A stretch of DNA of 64,000 nt from an uncultured Planctomycetia bacterium (GCA_964406665.1 CAYOSQ010000010.1:2870-66869), one strand, 5' to 3'; shown: positions 40,684-51,394, counted from the stretch's first letter. The notes: generated by a model from the sequence alone, not told the origin. Program-made: numbers and translations.

Positions 40684-41361
40684 TTATATCTTAGATTTTG
40701 AACTATAACCTATTTTTCGTGCAGGTATTCCTGCAACTGTTATTCCTGCAGGTACATTTCTAACAACAACCGAACCAGCACCTATTAAAACATTAGAACC
40801 TATCTTTATATCGGGAACAATTTTTGCTCCTGCACCAACAAAAGTATTTTTGCCCACTCTTGCATTTGAAGAAAAGTTTACTCCTGGCCCAATATAAACA
40901 TTGTCTTTTAAGATTGTTTCATGCTCAATAGTTGAATTTGAGTAAACAACACAATTATTACCAATTTTTGCAAAAGCATTAACCACAACACCAGGATTAA
41001 TAACCACACCCTTGCCGACATTAGCAAACTTACTAATATACGCTTTAGAATGAATCAATTTAGGGATTTCTAAATTTAACTTCTGAATTGCAGAATACAG
41101 CTTTTCCCTAACCTTCATATATCTGTTTGAAATACCGATAGTGGCACAATTAACTTTAAGTTTTTTGACAATTTTGGTGATATCTTTTATGCTGCCCAAC
41201 ACAGGATAACCTAGTATTTTTTTATTAAATAAAGCTGAATTATCATCTAGATACCCGACTATTTCTATTTCTTTACCATGACATTCTTTTACCATGGCAA
41301 CAATTACCTTAGCATGTTGCCTGGCTCCCAAAATTATTAATCTTTTCATATTTATTCCCAA
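40684..41361 (-). CDS. Sugar N/O-acetyltransferase, left-handed beta-helix (NeuD/PglD/WbpD-like)
   Basis: N-terminal Rossmann-like LIILGARQHAK...GYLDDN plus C-terminal hexapeptide repeats. Confidence 0.7.
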   Translation of the reverse strand: MGINMKRLIILGARQHAKVIVAMVKECHGKEIEIVGYLDDNSALFNKKILGYPVLGSIKDITKIVKKLKVNCATIGISNRYMKVREKLYSAIQKLNLEIPKLIHSKAYISKFANVGKGVVINPGVVVNAFAKIGNNCVVYSNSTIEHETILKDNVYIGPGVNFSSNARVGKNTFVGAGAKIVPDIKIGSNVLIGAGSVVVRNVPAGITVAGIPARKIGYSSKSKI

Positions 41362-41384
41362 TTATTTTTTAAAAAAGAAACGGT

Positions 41385-42419
41385 TTATTTTTTTCGCAAT
41401 CTAACAGGCTTACCTTTTTTATTAATTGACTCCCCAACAGCAAGCAAAACCCTTAGAACATCTAGGCCATTAATTCCATCAGTCAACGGGTTATTTTTTT
41501 TCTGGACACATTCTAAAAAATGCTTACATTCAACCTTTAATGGTTCATCTTTTCTGAATCTCGGAGAAGAAACCTGACCATCATCCTGAATAATCATTTG
41601 AAACTCAGGAAAAGAATCATAGTCATGCTTATACTTCTTTTTCATTACACGCTTATCATAAAGTTTAATTGGTTCTTTTAAATCAAGATCATCAAAAACA
41701 ACCATTTTTTTACTACCAACAATAGTTATCTCCCGAACCTTTCTAGGATCAAGCCAACTAACATGAATATTGGCAATTATTTTTTTAGGATACATTAAAG
41801 TTATAAAAGCAACGTCCTCTTTCCCTTTTTGTAAATAATCCTGTCCTCTAGCCATAACCTTCACCGGCAAAGAACCAAGTAAATATAGAAAAATTGAAAT
41901 GTCATGAGAAGCCAAATCACCTGTTGCTCCAACATCTTTTCGCAGAGGACCTAAATTTGTTCTTTTAGAATGCAAATAATATACTCTTCCCAATGTCTTT
42001 TTCTTAACAATCTCTCTCATTTTTCTTATCGCAGAATTATAGAGGAAAGTATGTCCAATCATTAAAATTCGTTTTTCTTTTTTAGCTAAATTTACCAGCT
42101 CCTCAGCCCCTGAGAGATCTAGGGCTATTGGCTTCTCAGCCAGAACGTGTTTCTTTAAAAGCAACGCCTCCTTAATCAACTTATGGTGAGTAGCCGCTGG
42201 TGTTGATACAACAACAGCATCAATATCTTTATTGTTCAATATTCTTTTATAATTAGTGTGGAATTCTGCACTTGGACAGAACTGTTTTACGTGCTTCAAC
42301 CTTTTCTTATCCATATCACAAACACCCACAACTGAAGCGTTTGGGAGTCGACTGAAATTTCTTACAAAATTCGGTCCCCAGTGCCCACATCCGATAATGC
42401 CGATATTAACTTTTTTCAT
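41385..42419 (-). CDS. Gfo/Idh/MocA-family sugar oxidoreductase (WbpB-like)
   Basis: MKKVNIGIIGCGHWGPNFVRNF N-terminus. EKP motif. Confidence 0.7.
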   Translation of the reverse strand: MKKVNIGIIGCGHWGPNFVRNFSRLPNASVVGVCDMDKKRLKHVKQFCPSAEFHTNYKRILNNKDIDAVVVSTPAATHHKLIKEALLLKKHVLAEKPIALDLSGAEELVNLAKKEKRILMIGHTFLYNSAIRKMREIVKKKTLGRVYYLHSKRTNLGPLRKDVGATGDLASHDISIFLYLLGSLPVKVMARGQDYLQKGKEDVAFITLMYPKKIIANIHVSWLDPRKVREITIVGSKKMVVFDDLDLKEPIKLYDKRVMKKKYKHDYDSFPEFQMIIQDDGQVSSPRFRKDEPLKVECKHFLECVQKKNNPLTDGINGLDVLRVLLAVGESINKKGKPVRLRKK

Positions 42420-42427
42420 AATTACCT

Positions 42428-43918
42428 TTAGTTACATAATTGAGTTTTGGACTTTCCAAAACCAAAATCAATAATATGTCCTATGACTTTTAAAAAAGCG
42501 CGCCAAAAATATTTGATGTCGTCAATCTCTCTTACGCTAATTATTTTTCTAAAAATAAACTCAGGTGAAAAACTCACAGAATACATTCCTTTAACAAGAT
42601 TTAAAAGGTCCTTGCGATCAAAAGATAGTTTCATTACAGGATTTTTCATATCATAATAAGACCAATCTAAACTATAAAGCAAATCCTTATCGCGACATTC
42701 TTGAAACAAAGGAGTATTAGGATAGGGTATAACCACTGTTGCTTGCATAGTATATGCATAATCTTTTTTGAGTAACCACTTACCTAAATCGAGAGTTTTT
42801 CTAGCATCTTCATAACTTTCCCAGGGATAACCAAACATCATCGTAATGTGAGGATAAAGACCCACTTTTCTTGCATCTTTGCAGGAACTTATAATTGTTT
42901 CTACTTTTAGATTCTTTTTTATTCGATCTAAGGTTGATTGATTTGCTGATTCTAAGCCAAAAAGGAGGAATCTAAAGCCCGCCTTCCTCATTAATTTGTA
43001 TCCATCAAAATCAACAGCACCAAATCGTAGATTGCAATCAAGGGTAATCTTTTTATTAAGACCTCTTTCTATCATTCCGTTACAGAATTCAACCAACCAT
43101 TCTCCAACAGGAAAAGTTCCTGAATCATCCATGATTTCTTTAACTTTATATTTATTATGCAGTAATTCTATTTCATCTAAAACGTTCTTTACGCTTCTAG
43201 ATCTAAAGCGCGGATAAAGTTGTGGCCAACTGCAAAAACTACACTGGGCCCACCAACAATCTCTACCGCTCATAATGTAAGTTCCAGGAGTTCTGCGATA
43301 ATTTCCGTTCTTATAAGCATAAAGTTCCCACTTAGTAAGCTCTCTATCTATGAATGGTGCTAAATTTAAATCGTGATTTAACTCAAATTTTCCCGTATTC
43401 TTGACCCTTTCCCCATGTCTATACCATATGCCTGGCTCTAAATTATCAATTTCAGAAATCGAACCAGATACATTTAGATTTCTGCAAAGATTCAACATAA
43501 GAAAATCATAATCTCCACCTGTTAATACAAAATCAACCTTTGAATTAACAAATGATTCCCCAGGTAATCCGGTAACATGATCACCAAATAACACAATTTT
43601 TGTTTCTGGAGAAACTGACTTTATTTTATTAATAATTTCCCAATGTTGTTTAATAACAGGGGTTTTTGTTTCAAATGCAATTAGGTTAAATTTCTCTGCC
43701 TTAAGCAACTTAATGTAATTCTCAAAGCTAATATCCTCTGCTGCACAGTCATTCCATGTCACATTAAACCCATTTTGTTTAAGCATGGTTGCAGCAGTTG
43801 CAGGAACAACAGGATAAATAAAGGTTGGCTCTTTGAAATACTGAAACTGTCTATTCTGTCCAAGGGTCGGAAACCCTTTATCGTTACAAAGAGGTGGATA
43901 AGAAATTAAGATTTTCAT
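42428..43918 (-). CDS. B12-binding-domain radical SAM-like enzyme, paralog 7, with atypical CX4CX2C cluster
   Basis: Rossmann-like N-domain, then SGRDCWWAQCSFCSW: spacing C-4-C-2-C rather than the canonical C-3-C-2-C. Confidence 0.6.
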   Translation of the reverse strand: MKILISYPPLCNDKGFPTLGQNRQFQYFKEPTFIYPVVPATAATMLKQNGFNVTWNDCAAEDISFENYIKLLKAEKFNLIAFETKTPVIKQHWEIINKIKSVSPETKIVLFGDHVTGLPGESFVNSKVDFVLTGGDYDFLMLNLCRNLNVSGSISEIDNLEPGIWYRHGERVKNTGKFELNHDLNLAPFIDRELTKWELYAYKNGNYRRTPGTYIMSGRDCWWAQCSFCSWPQLYPRFRSRSVKNVLDEIELLHNKYKVKEIMDDSGTFPVGEWLVEFCNGMIERGLNKKITLDCNLRFGAVDFDGYKLMRKAGFRFLLFGLESANQSTLDRIKKNLKVETIISSCKDARKVGLYPHITMMFGYPWESYEDARKTLDLGKWLLKKDYAYTMQATVVIPYPNTPLFQECRDKDLLYSLDWSYYDMKNPVMKLSFDRKDLLNLVKGMYSVSFSPEFIFRKIISVREIDDIKYFWRAFLKVIGHIIDFGFGKSKTQLCN

Positions 43919-43921
43919 TAG

Positions 43922-44878
43922 TTATTTTTCTTCGCTTAATTTGCTTGAAAATAGGCCTTTTAGCAGGTTCCAGCCATATACCATATGAGATAAAATTATA
44001 CCAAAGAATTTCAAATAAATCAATCGTAAATCTTTGGAAATGCTACAAATAAGAACCAGCAATAAATATGCGCCTGTGCCTAAAAAATACAGCAAATTGA
44101 GCCTAGGAAACAGGAAAGTTGCAATAGCCCCAAAGAAAATAAAGCTAAGCAATAATGAAGGCAGGAAATAAGAAAGCTTCCTGGAGGTTTGAGGGAATTT
44201 TTTCATAAAATATCCCCTGTGAAGTGCATAATTAGCGATTTGCTGCAGATGTTTCTTAAATAAAGTCCTTCTATGGTGATAAACTATTACTTCCGGATCA
44301 TACAAAATCCTCTTATTCAGCTTTTTTGTTATTTCTAAACATAAAATTGTATCTTCGCCTGGCCAAAAATCTACATTAAAACCTCCTATTTGTTGAAAAA
44401 CTGACTTACGGATAATAAAATTGCACGATGGATAATCTTCTACGTAACATTTAGTTTTAGGTTTATACCTTAAAGAATAAAATCCGCTCACTAAAATAGA
44501 TTCATAACAACTTCCACTTGCACTTTGTCTAGGACTGTCGTTGAGGGGTGTTATCGCAGGACCACCTACTGCAGCAATTTCTGGATCGCTAAAATGCCTT
44601 ATTGCCTTTTTTAACCAATCCCTATTTTTGGGATATGCATCATCATCGATAAACGCTAAAATTTCTCCCTTAGCCTCTTTTAACGCTATATCTCTTTTTT
44701 TAGGTGCAGAAATCTTTCCAGTTTCTATAATTCTAACTTTTGGGTTATCAAAAATAAATCTCTCGTCGGGAAAGACGATTATTTCAAAATCATGATAATC
44801 CAAATTACAACACTTCTCAAGACACTCTTTTAGATTGTCGTTGAAGGTTTTTACGGCGATAATAATCGATACGGTCAT
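43922..44878 (-). CDS. Family 2 glycosyltransferase
   Basis: MTVSIIIAVKTFNDNL...FEIIVFPDE; AFIDDDAYP. Overlaps the upstream GT2 by 62 nt. Confidence 0.7.
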   Translation of the reverse strand: MTVSIIIAVKTFNDNLKECLEKCCNLDYHDFEIIVFPDERFIFDNPKVRIIETGKISAPKKRDIALKEAKGEILAFIDDDAYPKNRDWLKKAIRHFSDPEIAAVGGPAITPLNDSPRQSASGSCYESILVSGFYSLRYKPKTKCYVEDYPSCNFIIRKSVFQQIGGFNVDFWPGEDTILCLEITKKLNKRILYDPEVIVYHHRRTLFKKHLQQIANYALHRGYFMKKFPQTSRKLSYFLPSLLLSFIFFGAIATFLFPRLNLLYFLGTGAYLLLVLICSISKDLRLIYLKFFGIILSHMVYGWNLLKGLFSSKLSEEK

Positions 44879-45605
44879 AATATTTTAAAATATGCATCCG
44901 ATAAAAAATTGCCAATGTATCAATACCTGTTTTATACATTGCCTGCCAACCTATTCTGCCAAACGGTCTTTTAGTTTGCAAAACAACCGGTGCCTCTGCA
45001 ATCTTAAAACCTAAATGATATGCATTTACAAGAATTTCTAAATCGAAGGCAAACTGTTTTACTAAAATTCTCGGAAATATTTCTTTGATTGCCTCTTTTT
45101 TGAAAAGCTTTAAACCGGTCTGAGTATCATGAATTGGTAATCCAAATAAAACTTTTATGATCAAAAAGTATATACGGCTAATAAGTTTTCTGCGCCAAGG
45201 ATAATCAACAACAGAATTTGGATGCATCTTAGAACCTATAACAATATCTGCATCATCAAGCCTCATTATATCAATAAACGTCTGTAGCTGAGCAGGATGT
45301 AGATCCATATCCGCATCAAGAAAAACAATATAATCGCCCGTTGCGTAACGTATTCCTTTCTTAATTGCCCTTCCCTTTCCATAGTTTTGCCAATTCTTTT
45401 TTATGAAAACATTATTGTTTTTGCGGCAAAGTTTCTGCACTGCCTCATAAGTTCCATCAGTGCTTCCATCATCCATAATAATAATTTCATACTGACATCC
45501 GAACTCCTCGAATGTTTTTATTGTCTCCTCGAGTGAAGAAAAAATTCTTGAAAGTTCGTTGTGAGCAGGAATTATAACTGAGACTTTACCCATTAAAGTT
45601 TTCAT
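44817..45605 (-). CDS. GT2 polyprenyl-phosphate glycosyltransferase (DPM1-like)
   Basis: VSVIIPAHNE...IIIMDDGSTDGT; VFLDADMD. Confidence 0.75.
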   Translation of the reverse strand: MKTLMGKVSVIIPAHNELSRIFSSLEETIKTFEEFGCQYEIIIMDDGSTDGTYEAVQKLCRKNNNVFIKKNWQNYGKGRAIKKGIRYATGDYIVFLDADMDLHPAQLQTFIDIMRLDDADIVIGSKMHPNSVVDYPWRRKLISRIYFLIIKVLFGLPIHDTQTGLKLFKKEAIKEIFPRILVKQFAFDLEILVNAYHLGFKIAEAPVVLQTKRPFGRIGWQAMYKTGIDTLAIFYRMHILKYYDRIDYYRRKNLQRQSKRVS

Positions 45606-45608
45606 TGA

Positions 45609-46868
45609 TTAAGATTTCCAATCAACATTAAATAATCCAGCTATAAATACTATTGATGAAGTAACAACTAGAGCAATAAGAACATTGGTTAGATTCCCAT
45701 GAAATAAAGTTATCAGGGTAGTCTGCAAAATTACTCCACCTACTAAATAAGGAATAAATCTTAAACTATGAACAGATAAAAAATAAAAGATAAGAATTTG
45801 TACTAAAGCATAAAAAGTCATTGCAGTACAAAATAATCTTACTAATGGAATACACTCAACAAACATTTTACGTGTTAAAGTCTTCATAACAAAAGAAGGA
45901 AAAGAAAAACAAACAATATCTGCAGAAATACACAAGACAGCAGCCAAAATAATCCCTTTCAACAAAAACGGAGCAACTCTTCTATTTTTTGCAACAGCCT
46001 CACTCATCTTAGGAAAAAGTACTATTCCAACAGTCCCGGGTAAAAAAAGAATGATTTTACCGACCATCTGTGCCACTGAGTATTTTCCTGCCAAAAGAGG
46101 TGAGAAAAAATGTTTTACCAAAATAACATCGCTGTTAATTAAAGCCATATAGCACAACATGCTGATTGCAACAGGAAAGAAAAAAGAATAGATCTCACGT
46201 AAATTAAGCTCTGAAACGTGACAGCTTCTTGCTTTAAATATCTTCTTAGGAATGAACGAAAAAGCTACAACAAAAGAAGAAATACTTGCTAAAATAAATC
46301 CCCATAAAGCTCCACCAGCTCTAAATCCTAAATTAACAAAAGATATCCCAGTAATCAGACGCACCAAACCATTAGTTACAGAATTAACTGCCATAGCGCC
46401 GAAGCGTTGAATTCCCTGAATAGTTCCCATGGTAATCGGTAGAAAAAGAGCAACAAACAAACCAAAACCTGTTATAACTATCAAAATTGTCGATTCTATC
46501 TGCAAGAAATGAGCTATATTCTTACTAAACAACATAAAAACTAAAAATACACCGAATCCGAAAACAAATAACCTTTTACCGAAATAATGAAAAAAACATT
46601 TAATTTTTTCTTTCTGATCAAAACTATGAAAACGAGAAACAAACTTAGTTACAACCGTCTGGAATGTACCCATGGGTAATCCGACAATCATCAACAAGGA
46701 AAGTAAGGAATTAAGCGTACCATAATCAACAGGATCTAACTTCCTGACCATAAAAAGCCAGAAAACTAAATTGCAGACATTCATAAATACGTTGGCAAGA
46801 AAAAGTAAGCTACTTGAACGCAAAAGGTCGCTAATCGATCTTATTCCTGAACCAATTAATTGTTTCAT
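45609..46868 (-). CDS. wzx: Polysaccharide flippase (Wzx-like, MOP superfamily)
   Basis: About 12-14 TM helices, 419 aa, immediately next to the GTs and nucleotide-sugar genes. Confidence 0.65.
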   Translation of the reverse strand: MKQLIGSGIRSISDLLRSSSLLFLANVFMNVCNLVFWLFMVRKLDPVDYGTLNSLLSLLMIVGLPMGTFQTVVTKFVSRFHSFDQKEKIKCFFHYFGKRLFVFGFGVFLVFMLFSKNIAHFLQIESTILIVITGFGLFVALFLPITMGTIQGIQRFGAMAVNSVTNGLVRLITGISFVNLGFRAGGALWGFILASISSFVVAFSFIPKKIFKARSCHVSELNLREIYSFFFPVAISMLCYMALINSDVILVKHFFSPLLAGKYSVAQMVGKIILFLPGTVGIVLFPKMSEAVAKNRRVAPFLLKGIILAAVLCISADIVCFSFPSFVMKTLTRKMFVECIPLVRLFCTAMTFYALVQILIFYFLSVHSLRFIPYLVGGVILQTTLITLFHGNLTNVLIALVVTSSIVFIAGLFNVDWKS

Positions 46869-47778
46869 TTAACCCTTCTTCTAGTTTTATTTTTGGAAGC
46901 CATCGAAGGTATTTCTTGGCTCTGGAAATATTAGGCTGGCGCTGCTTCGGATCATCCTGCGGCAATGCTTTGAAAATAATTTTACTGCTACTGTTAGTTA
47001 ATTTGATAATTCTTTTAGCTAATTCATTAATAGTAAACTCACCGGGATTTCCTAAATTGACCGGCTCAATTAAAGAAGTCTTCATTAACCTACAAATTCC
47101 TTCCACTAAATCATCAATATAGCAGAAAGACCGGGTCTGTTTTCCATCCCCGTATGTGGTCAATGATTTACCATCTAATGCTTGAGTAATGAAATTCGGA
47201 ATAACTCTCCCATCATGACTTCTCATACGAGGACCATATGTATTAAATATACGTACTATTCGTGTGTCAATTTTATGTTCCCGATGATATGCCATAACAA
47301 TTGCTTCTGCAAATCTTTTTGATTCGTCATAACAACCTCTTATGCCTATAGGATTTACATGACCCCAATAACTTTCTTTCTGAGGATGCTCTTTCGGATC
47401 TCCGTAAACTTCTGATGTAGATGCAAGTAAGAATTTTGCTTTTTTAAGCTTAGCTAAACCAAGTGTATTGTGGGTTCCCAAAGATCCAACTTTTAATGTC
47501 TTAATTGGATATGTTAAATAATCAACCGGGCTAGCAAGAGAAGCAAAATGCAAAACATAATCGATATTACCTTTAAGAGAAATTGGCTTGCTGACATCAT
47601 GCATCAAAAACTCAAAGCTTTTGTTTTTAGCCAAATGCTCGATGTTTTCCATTGCTCCAGTAATCATATTATCCAAACAAATAACTTTATATCCGTCGGC
47701 AAGCAATCTATCACATAAATGTGAACCAATGAAACCTGCCCCACCAGTAATTACAATAGTTTTTCTTTTTCGAACCAT
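46831..47778 (-). CDS. uxs: UDP-glucuronate decarboxylase (UDP-xylose synthase)
   Basis: [32 protein letters not shown] and overall UXS-like sequence. Confidence 0.8.
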   Translation of the reverse strand: MVRKRKTIVITGGAGFIGSHLCDRLLADGYKVICLDNMITGAMENIEHLAKNKSFEFLMHDVSKPISLKGNIDYVLHFASLASPVDYLTYPIKTLKVGSLGTHNTLGLAKLKKAKFLLASTSEVYGDPKEHPQKESYWGHVNPIGIRGCYDESKRFAEAIVMAYHREHKIDTRIVRIFNTYGPRMRSHDGRVIPNFITQALDGKSLTTYGDGKQTRSFCYIDDLVEGICRLMKTSLIEPVNLGNPGEFTINELAKRIIKLTNSSSKIIFKALPQDDPKQRQPNISRAKKYLRWLPKIKLEEGLNETINWFRNKID

Positions 47779-48692
47779 TTTATTGTCAACCTTAACCCTT
47801 TCTCAAAATCAACTTTTGGTTTAAATCTTAATATTTTCTCAGCCTTAGCTATATCTGCAAGAGTTTTAAAAACATCTCCAGGTCTAGAATTTTCAAAAAC
47901 TGGCAATACATTCTTACCCATAATGTTATTTATGGCATCAACTAATTCTAAAACTGAGTTATCTTTGCCGTTAGCTATATTTATGGCTGCCCATTTAATA
48001 TCAGGTGTTTCCGCAGCCAAAATATTAGCTTCTACAACATTATCTATATAAGTAAAATCTCTTGATTGTTTACCATTGCCATATATCGGCGGCGGTTGAT
48101 TTTTAGCAATGCAAGTTATAAATTTAGGCACAACTACTGCATATTCATCATCAAGCGACTGCCTAGGACCGAAAACATTAAAATATCTTAATGCCACAGC
48201 AGACAAACCAAATATCTCACTGAATATTCTACAATAATATTCACCGGCTATTTTTGTCAAAGCATAAGGAGAAATTGGCTGAGGCATAATCTCTTCATTC
48301 TCTGGAAAGCTTTCAGTATCACCATAAATAGAACTTGAAGATGCAAAAACTAAGCGCTTAACCTTATTTTCAATACATGATTGAAGCAAATTAACCATGC
48401 CGTCAATATTCACCTCATTATATTCATGCGGCACAGTTAAAGATTTAGGCACAGATCTAAGCGCGGCTTGATGTAAAACAAAATCAACACCTTGCGTTGC
48501 TTTCTTCACCAGCTCACAATCTCTTATATCTCCTTCAATTAACTCTATTTTATTTAAAACACCAGCAATATTTTCTCTTTTTCCTGAGCAGAAGTTATCG
48601 ATTACCCTCACATTATGACCATCTTTAACTAATCTATCAACAATATGAGAACCTATAAATCCAGCACCACCAGTAACTAGATAATTGCTCAT
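47751..48692 (-). CDS. UDP-HexNAc(A) 4-epimerase (WbpP/TviC-like SDR)
   Basis: [37 protein letters not shown]. Paired with a TviB-like dehydrogenase. Confidence 0.7.
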   Translation of the reverse strand: MSNYLVTGGAGFIGSHIVDRLVKDGHNVRVIDNFCSGKRENIAGVLNKIELIEGDIRDCELVKKATQGVDFVLHQAALRSVPKSLTVPHEYNEVNIDGMVNLLQSCIENKVKRLVFASSSSIYGDTESFPENEEIMPQPISPYALTKIAGEYYCRIFSEIFGLSAVALRYFNVFGPRQSLDDEYAVVVPKFITCIAKNQPPPIYGNGKQSRDFTYIDNVVEANILAAETPDIKWAAINIANGKDNSVLELVDAINNIMGKNVLPVFENSRPGDVFKTLADIAKAEKILRFKPKVDFEKGLRLTIKWFEKEKLL

Positions 48693-49987
48693 AATCTTTT
48701 TATCCTCTTATCATTCTTACCTGAATAAACATTTCTCGTATCAAAAATTAGGTTTGCATTCTTTAAAATATTGCTATAGTTAATTTTCTCATGATCAGAA
48801 ACAATTACCACACAATCAAACCAACTTAGATTCTTTTTATTCATCAAAACAGATTTTAGATGAATATCGTTAAATCTTAAGTATGGAATTAATGGGTCAG
48901 AATAAGAAACATCTACCCCAAAATCTTGCAAGCGAGCAATCATATCAAGCGCCGGAGATTTTCTTAAATCTTTCACATCCTTTTTGTAAGTAACTCCCAA
49001 AATTAAAATCTTTGCTGCTTTTAAACTTTTCTTATTATCTTTAAGAATTTCTTTTAAGCGCTCAATGATGTAATAGGGCATACTTGAATTTATGTCTGCA
49101 GCTAACTTTATAAAACGAGAACGAAAGCCGAATTTACGCGCTTTCCAGTATAAATAAAGAGGATCCTTAGGAATACAGTGTCCCCCTACTCCCGGCCCCG
49201 GATAAAACGGCATAAAACCAAATGGCTTAGTCTTAGCACCCCTTATTACTTCCCAAATATCTATATCCAATTTATGGCACATCATCGCTACTTCATTTAT
49301 TAATCCGATATTAACGATACGGAAAGTGTTTTCAAGAAGCTTTACTGTTTCAGCAATTTTTGCCGAAGAAACTGAATGAACTTTTTTTATCGCTTTCTGA
49401 TACAAAAGCTTTGCAAGGATTGTTGATTCTTTTGTAACCCCGCCAACGATTTTTGTTATTTTCTCGACGCTATAAACTTTATTACCAGGGTCAATTCTCT
49501 CAGGAGAAAACGCAAGGAAGAAATCTTCTCCACATTTAAGCCCACCTTTTTCAAACAATGGCAAAATTACCTCATCTGTAGTTCCCGGATATGTAGTACT
49601 TTCTAAAACAACAAGCTTACCCTTAATGTACTTTCTAATCTTTTTAACAGCACTTAATATAAAAGAAATGTTCGGATGATATTTTCTTTTTAAAGGAGTG
49701 GGTACACAAATAAAAATTATATCGATATCTTTTAAAACCTTAAAATCAGCAGTGCCTTTAAGTTTTTTACTTTTGATTAGACGTTGCAGATCATCTTTTT
49801 TCACATCCAAAATATATGGAATTGCTTTCTTGAGCCTGCTAATTCTATCTTTATCCGTATCAATACCACAAACTTCAAACCCTGCCTTTGCAAAACTTAC
49901 TGCCAAAGGAAGACCAACATAACCAAGACCGACAACAGCAATTTTTGCTTTTTTACTAATGATATTTTTCTTTAGTTTCTTATACAT
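48689..49987 (-). CDS. UDP-N-acetyl-hexosamine 6-dehydrogenase (TviB/WecC/Cap5O-like)
   Basis: IAVVGLGYVGLPLAVSFAKAGFEVCGID. Catalytic GGHCIPKD. Confidence 0.75.
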   Translation of the reverse strand: MYKKLKKNIISKKAKIAVVGLGYVGLPLAVSFAKAGFEVCGIDTDKDRISRLKKAIPYILDVKKDDLQRLIKSKKLKGTADFKVLKDIDIIFICVPTPLKRKYHPNISFILSAVKKIRKYIKGKLVVLESTTYPGTTDEVILPLFEKGGLKCGEDFFLAFSPERIDPGNKVYSVEKITKIVGGVTKESTILAKLLYQKAIKKVHSVSSAKIAETVKLLENTFRIVNIGLINEVAMMCHKLDIDIWEVIRGAKTKPFGFMPFYPGPGVGGHCIPKDPLYLYWKARKFGFRSRFIKLAADINSSMPYYIIERLKEILKDNKKSLKAAKILILGVTYKKDVKDLRKSPALDMIARLQDFGVDVSYSDPLIPYLRFNDIHLKSVLMNKKNLSWFDCVVIVSDHEKINYSNILKNANLIFDTRNVYSGKNDKRIKRL

Positions 49988-50023
49988 TGAAAATTCTCTT
50001 AGAATTGAATAAAGAATGGAATA

Positions 50024-51394
50024 CTACGACTTCCCTCTTCCTATTGTATAATATTTAAATCCCAGCTTTTTCATCATTTTTTCGTCGTAAATATTTCTAC
50101 CGTCAAAAATAACAGGATGTCTTAAAAGTTTCCTTAGTTGCTTAAAATCAAGTTCTTTAAACTGATTCCACTCAGTGACTAAAACCAAACAATCACTCCC
50201 ACGGGCAACATCATAAGGATCTTTGCAGAATTTAACATCACTTAAAACCTCTTTTGCCTTAGGCATAGCCTGCGGATCAAAAACCTTTATCTTCGCACCC
50301 TCTTCCTGTAAAGTGTTAATAATATCAATTGAAGGAGAATTCCTCATATCATCCGTGCCAGGTTTAAATGATAAACCTAAAATACCGATTACTTTATCTT
50401 TCAGAATCCAGAGTTTTTTCTCTATAAGGCTAACGAACATTTTTTTCTGATCTTCGTTAATTCTTCTCACTTCTCTCAATAATCTAAAATCATACCCATG
50501 CTTCTCGCTAATTTTTATAAAAGCATCTATATCTTTAGGAAAACAGCTTCCGCCATATCCAATACCCGCATCAAGAAAACCTCTTTCAATACGTTTATCT
50601 AAGCCCATACCTTCGGCTACTTTAACCACATCGGCTCCCACACAATCACATATTTGAGAAATAGCATTAATAAAAGATATTTTTGTAGCCAGAAAAGAAT
50701 TAGAAGCATGCTTAATAATCTCTGCAGACTTTATATCAGTAATCACAATTGGTGCTTTAAGCGGACTATATAAATGAGTCAAGATATCCTTTGCCTTCTT
50801 TAACTCAACTCCAACAACCACCCTATCAGGATGCATAAAATCTTTAATCGCTGAGCCCTCCCTTAAAAATTCAGGATTAGAAGCAACGTCAAACTTAACC
50901 TTATTTTTCTTATTGCTTTGAATAGTATGTTTTATCCATTCACCGGTTTCAACCGGAACGGTAGATTTTTCTACAATTACTTTATATGAATTTAGCCCAC
51001 TGGCAATATCCAACGCTACTTTCTCAATACTTGTTAAATCTGCTTCACTGTTAACCTTTGGTGGAGTTCCCACGGCGATAAAAACAACTTCCGCCTTCCT
51101 CATTCCATCTTTTATGCTATGCGTAAAAGAAAGCCGCTTTGCCTGGACATTACGCAGAACCATTTCTCCTAACCCAGGTTCATAAATTGGCATAATGTTC
51201 TTTTTTAACTGCTTAATTTTTTCTTTATTATTATCAACACAGACAACGTTATTGCCTAACTCAGCAAAACATGCCCCTGTAACTAATCCTACGTAACCTG
51301 TACCGACTATTGCAATATTCATTACTCCTCCGTATTTATTGCTCTGATGATTGGGAACCTGTCTTGCGGCCATTATAGCTTTTGTTAATTTCAA
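50024..51394 (-). CDS. ugd: UDP-glucose 6-dehydrogenase
   Basis: MNIAIVGTGYVGLVTGACFAELG; GGSCFPKD. The true start is probably the internal Met at ~51322; the listed ORF has a 24-aa non-conserved extension. Confidence 0.8.
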   Translation of the reverse strand: MKLTKAIMAARQVPNHQSNKYGGVMNIAIVGTGYVGLVTGACFAELGNNVVCVDNNKEKIKQLKKNIMPIYEPGLGEMVLRNVQAKRLSFTHSIKDGMRKAEVVFIAVGTPPKVNSEADLTSIEKVALDIASGLNSYKVIVEKSTVPVETGEWIKHTIQSNKKNKVKFDVASNPEFLREGSAIKDFMHPDRVVVGVELKKAKDILTHLYSPLKAPIVITDIKSAEIIKHASNSFLATKISFINAISQICDCVGADVVKVAEGMGLDKRIERGFLDAGIGYGGSCFPKDIDAFIKISEKHGYDFRLLREVRRINEDQKKMFVSLIEKKLWILKDKVIGILGLSFKPGTDDMRNSPSIDIINTLQEEGAKIKVFDPQAMPKAKEVLSDVKFCKDPYDVARGSDCLVLVTEWNQFKELDFKQLRKLLRHPVIFDGRNIYDEKMMKKLGFKYYTIGRGKS

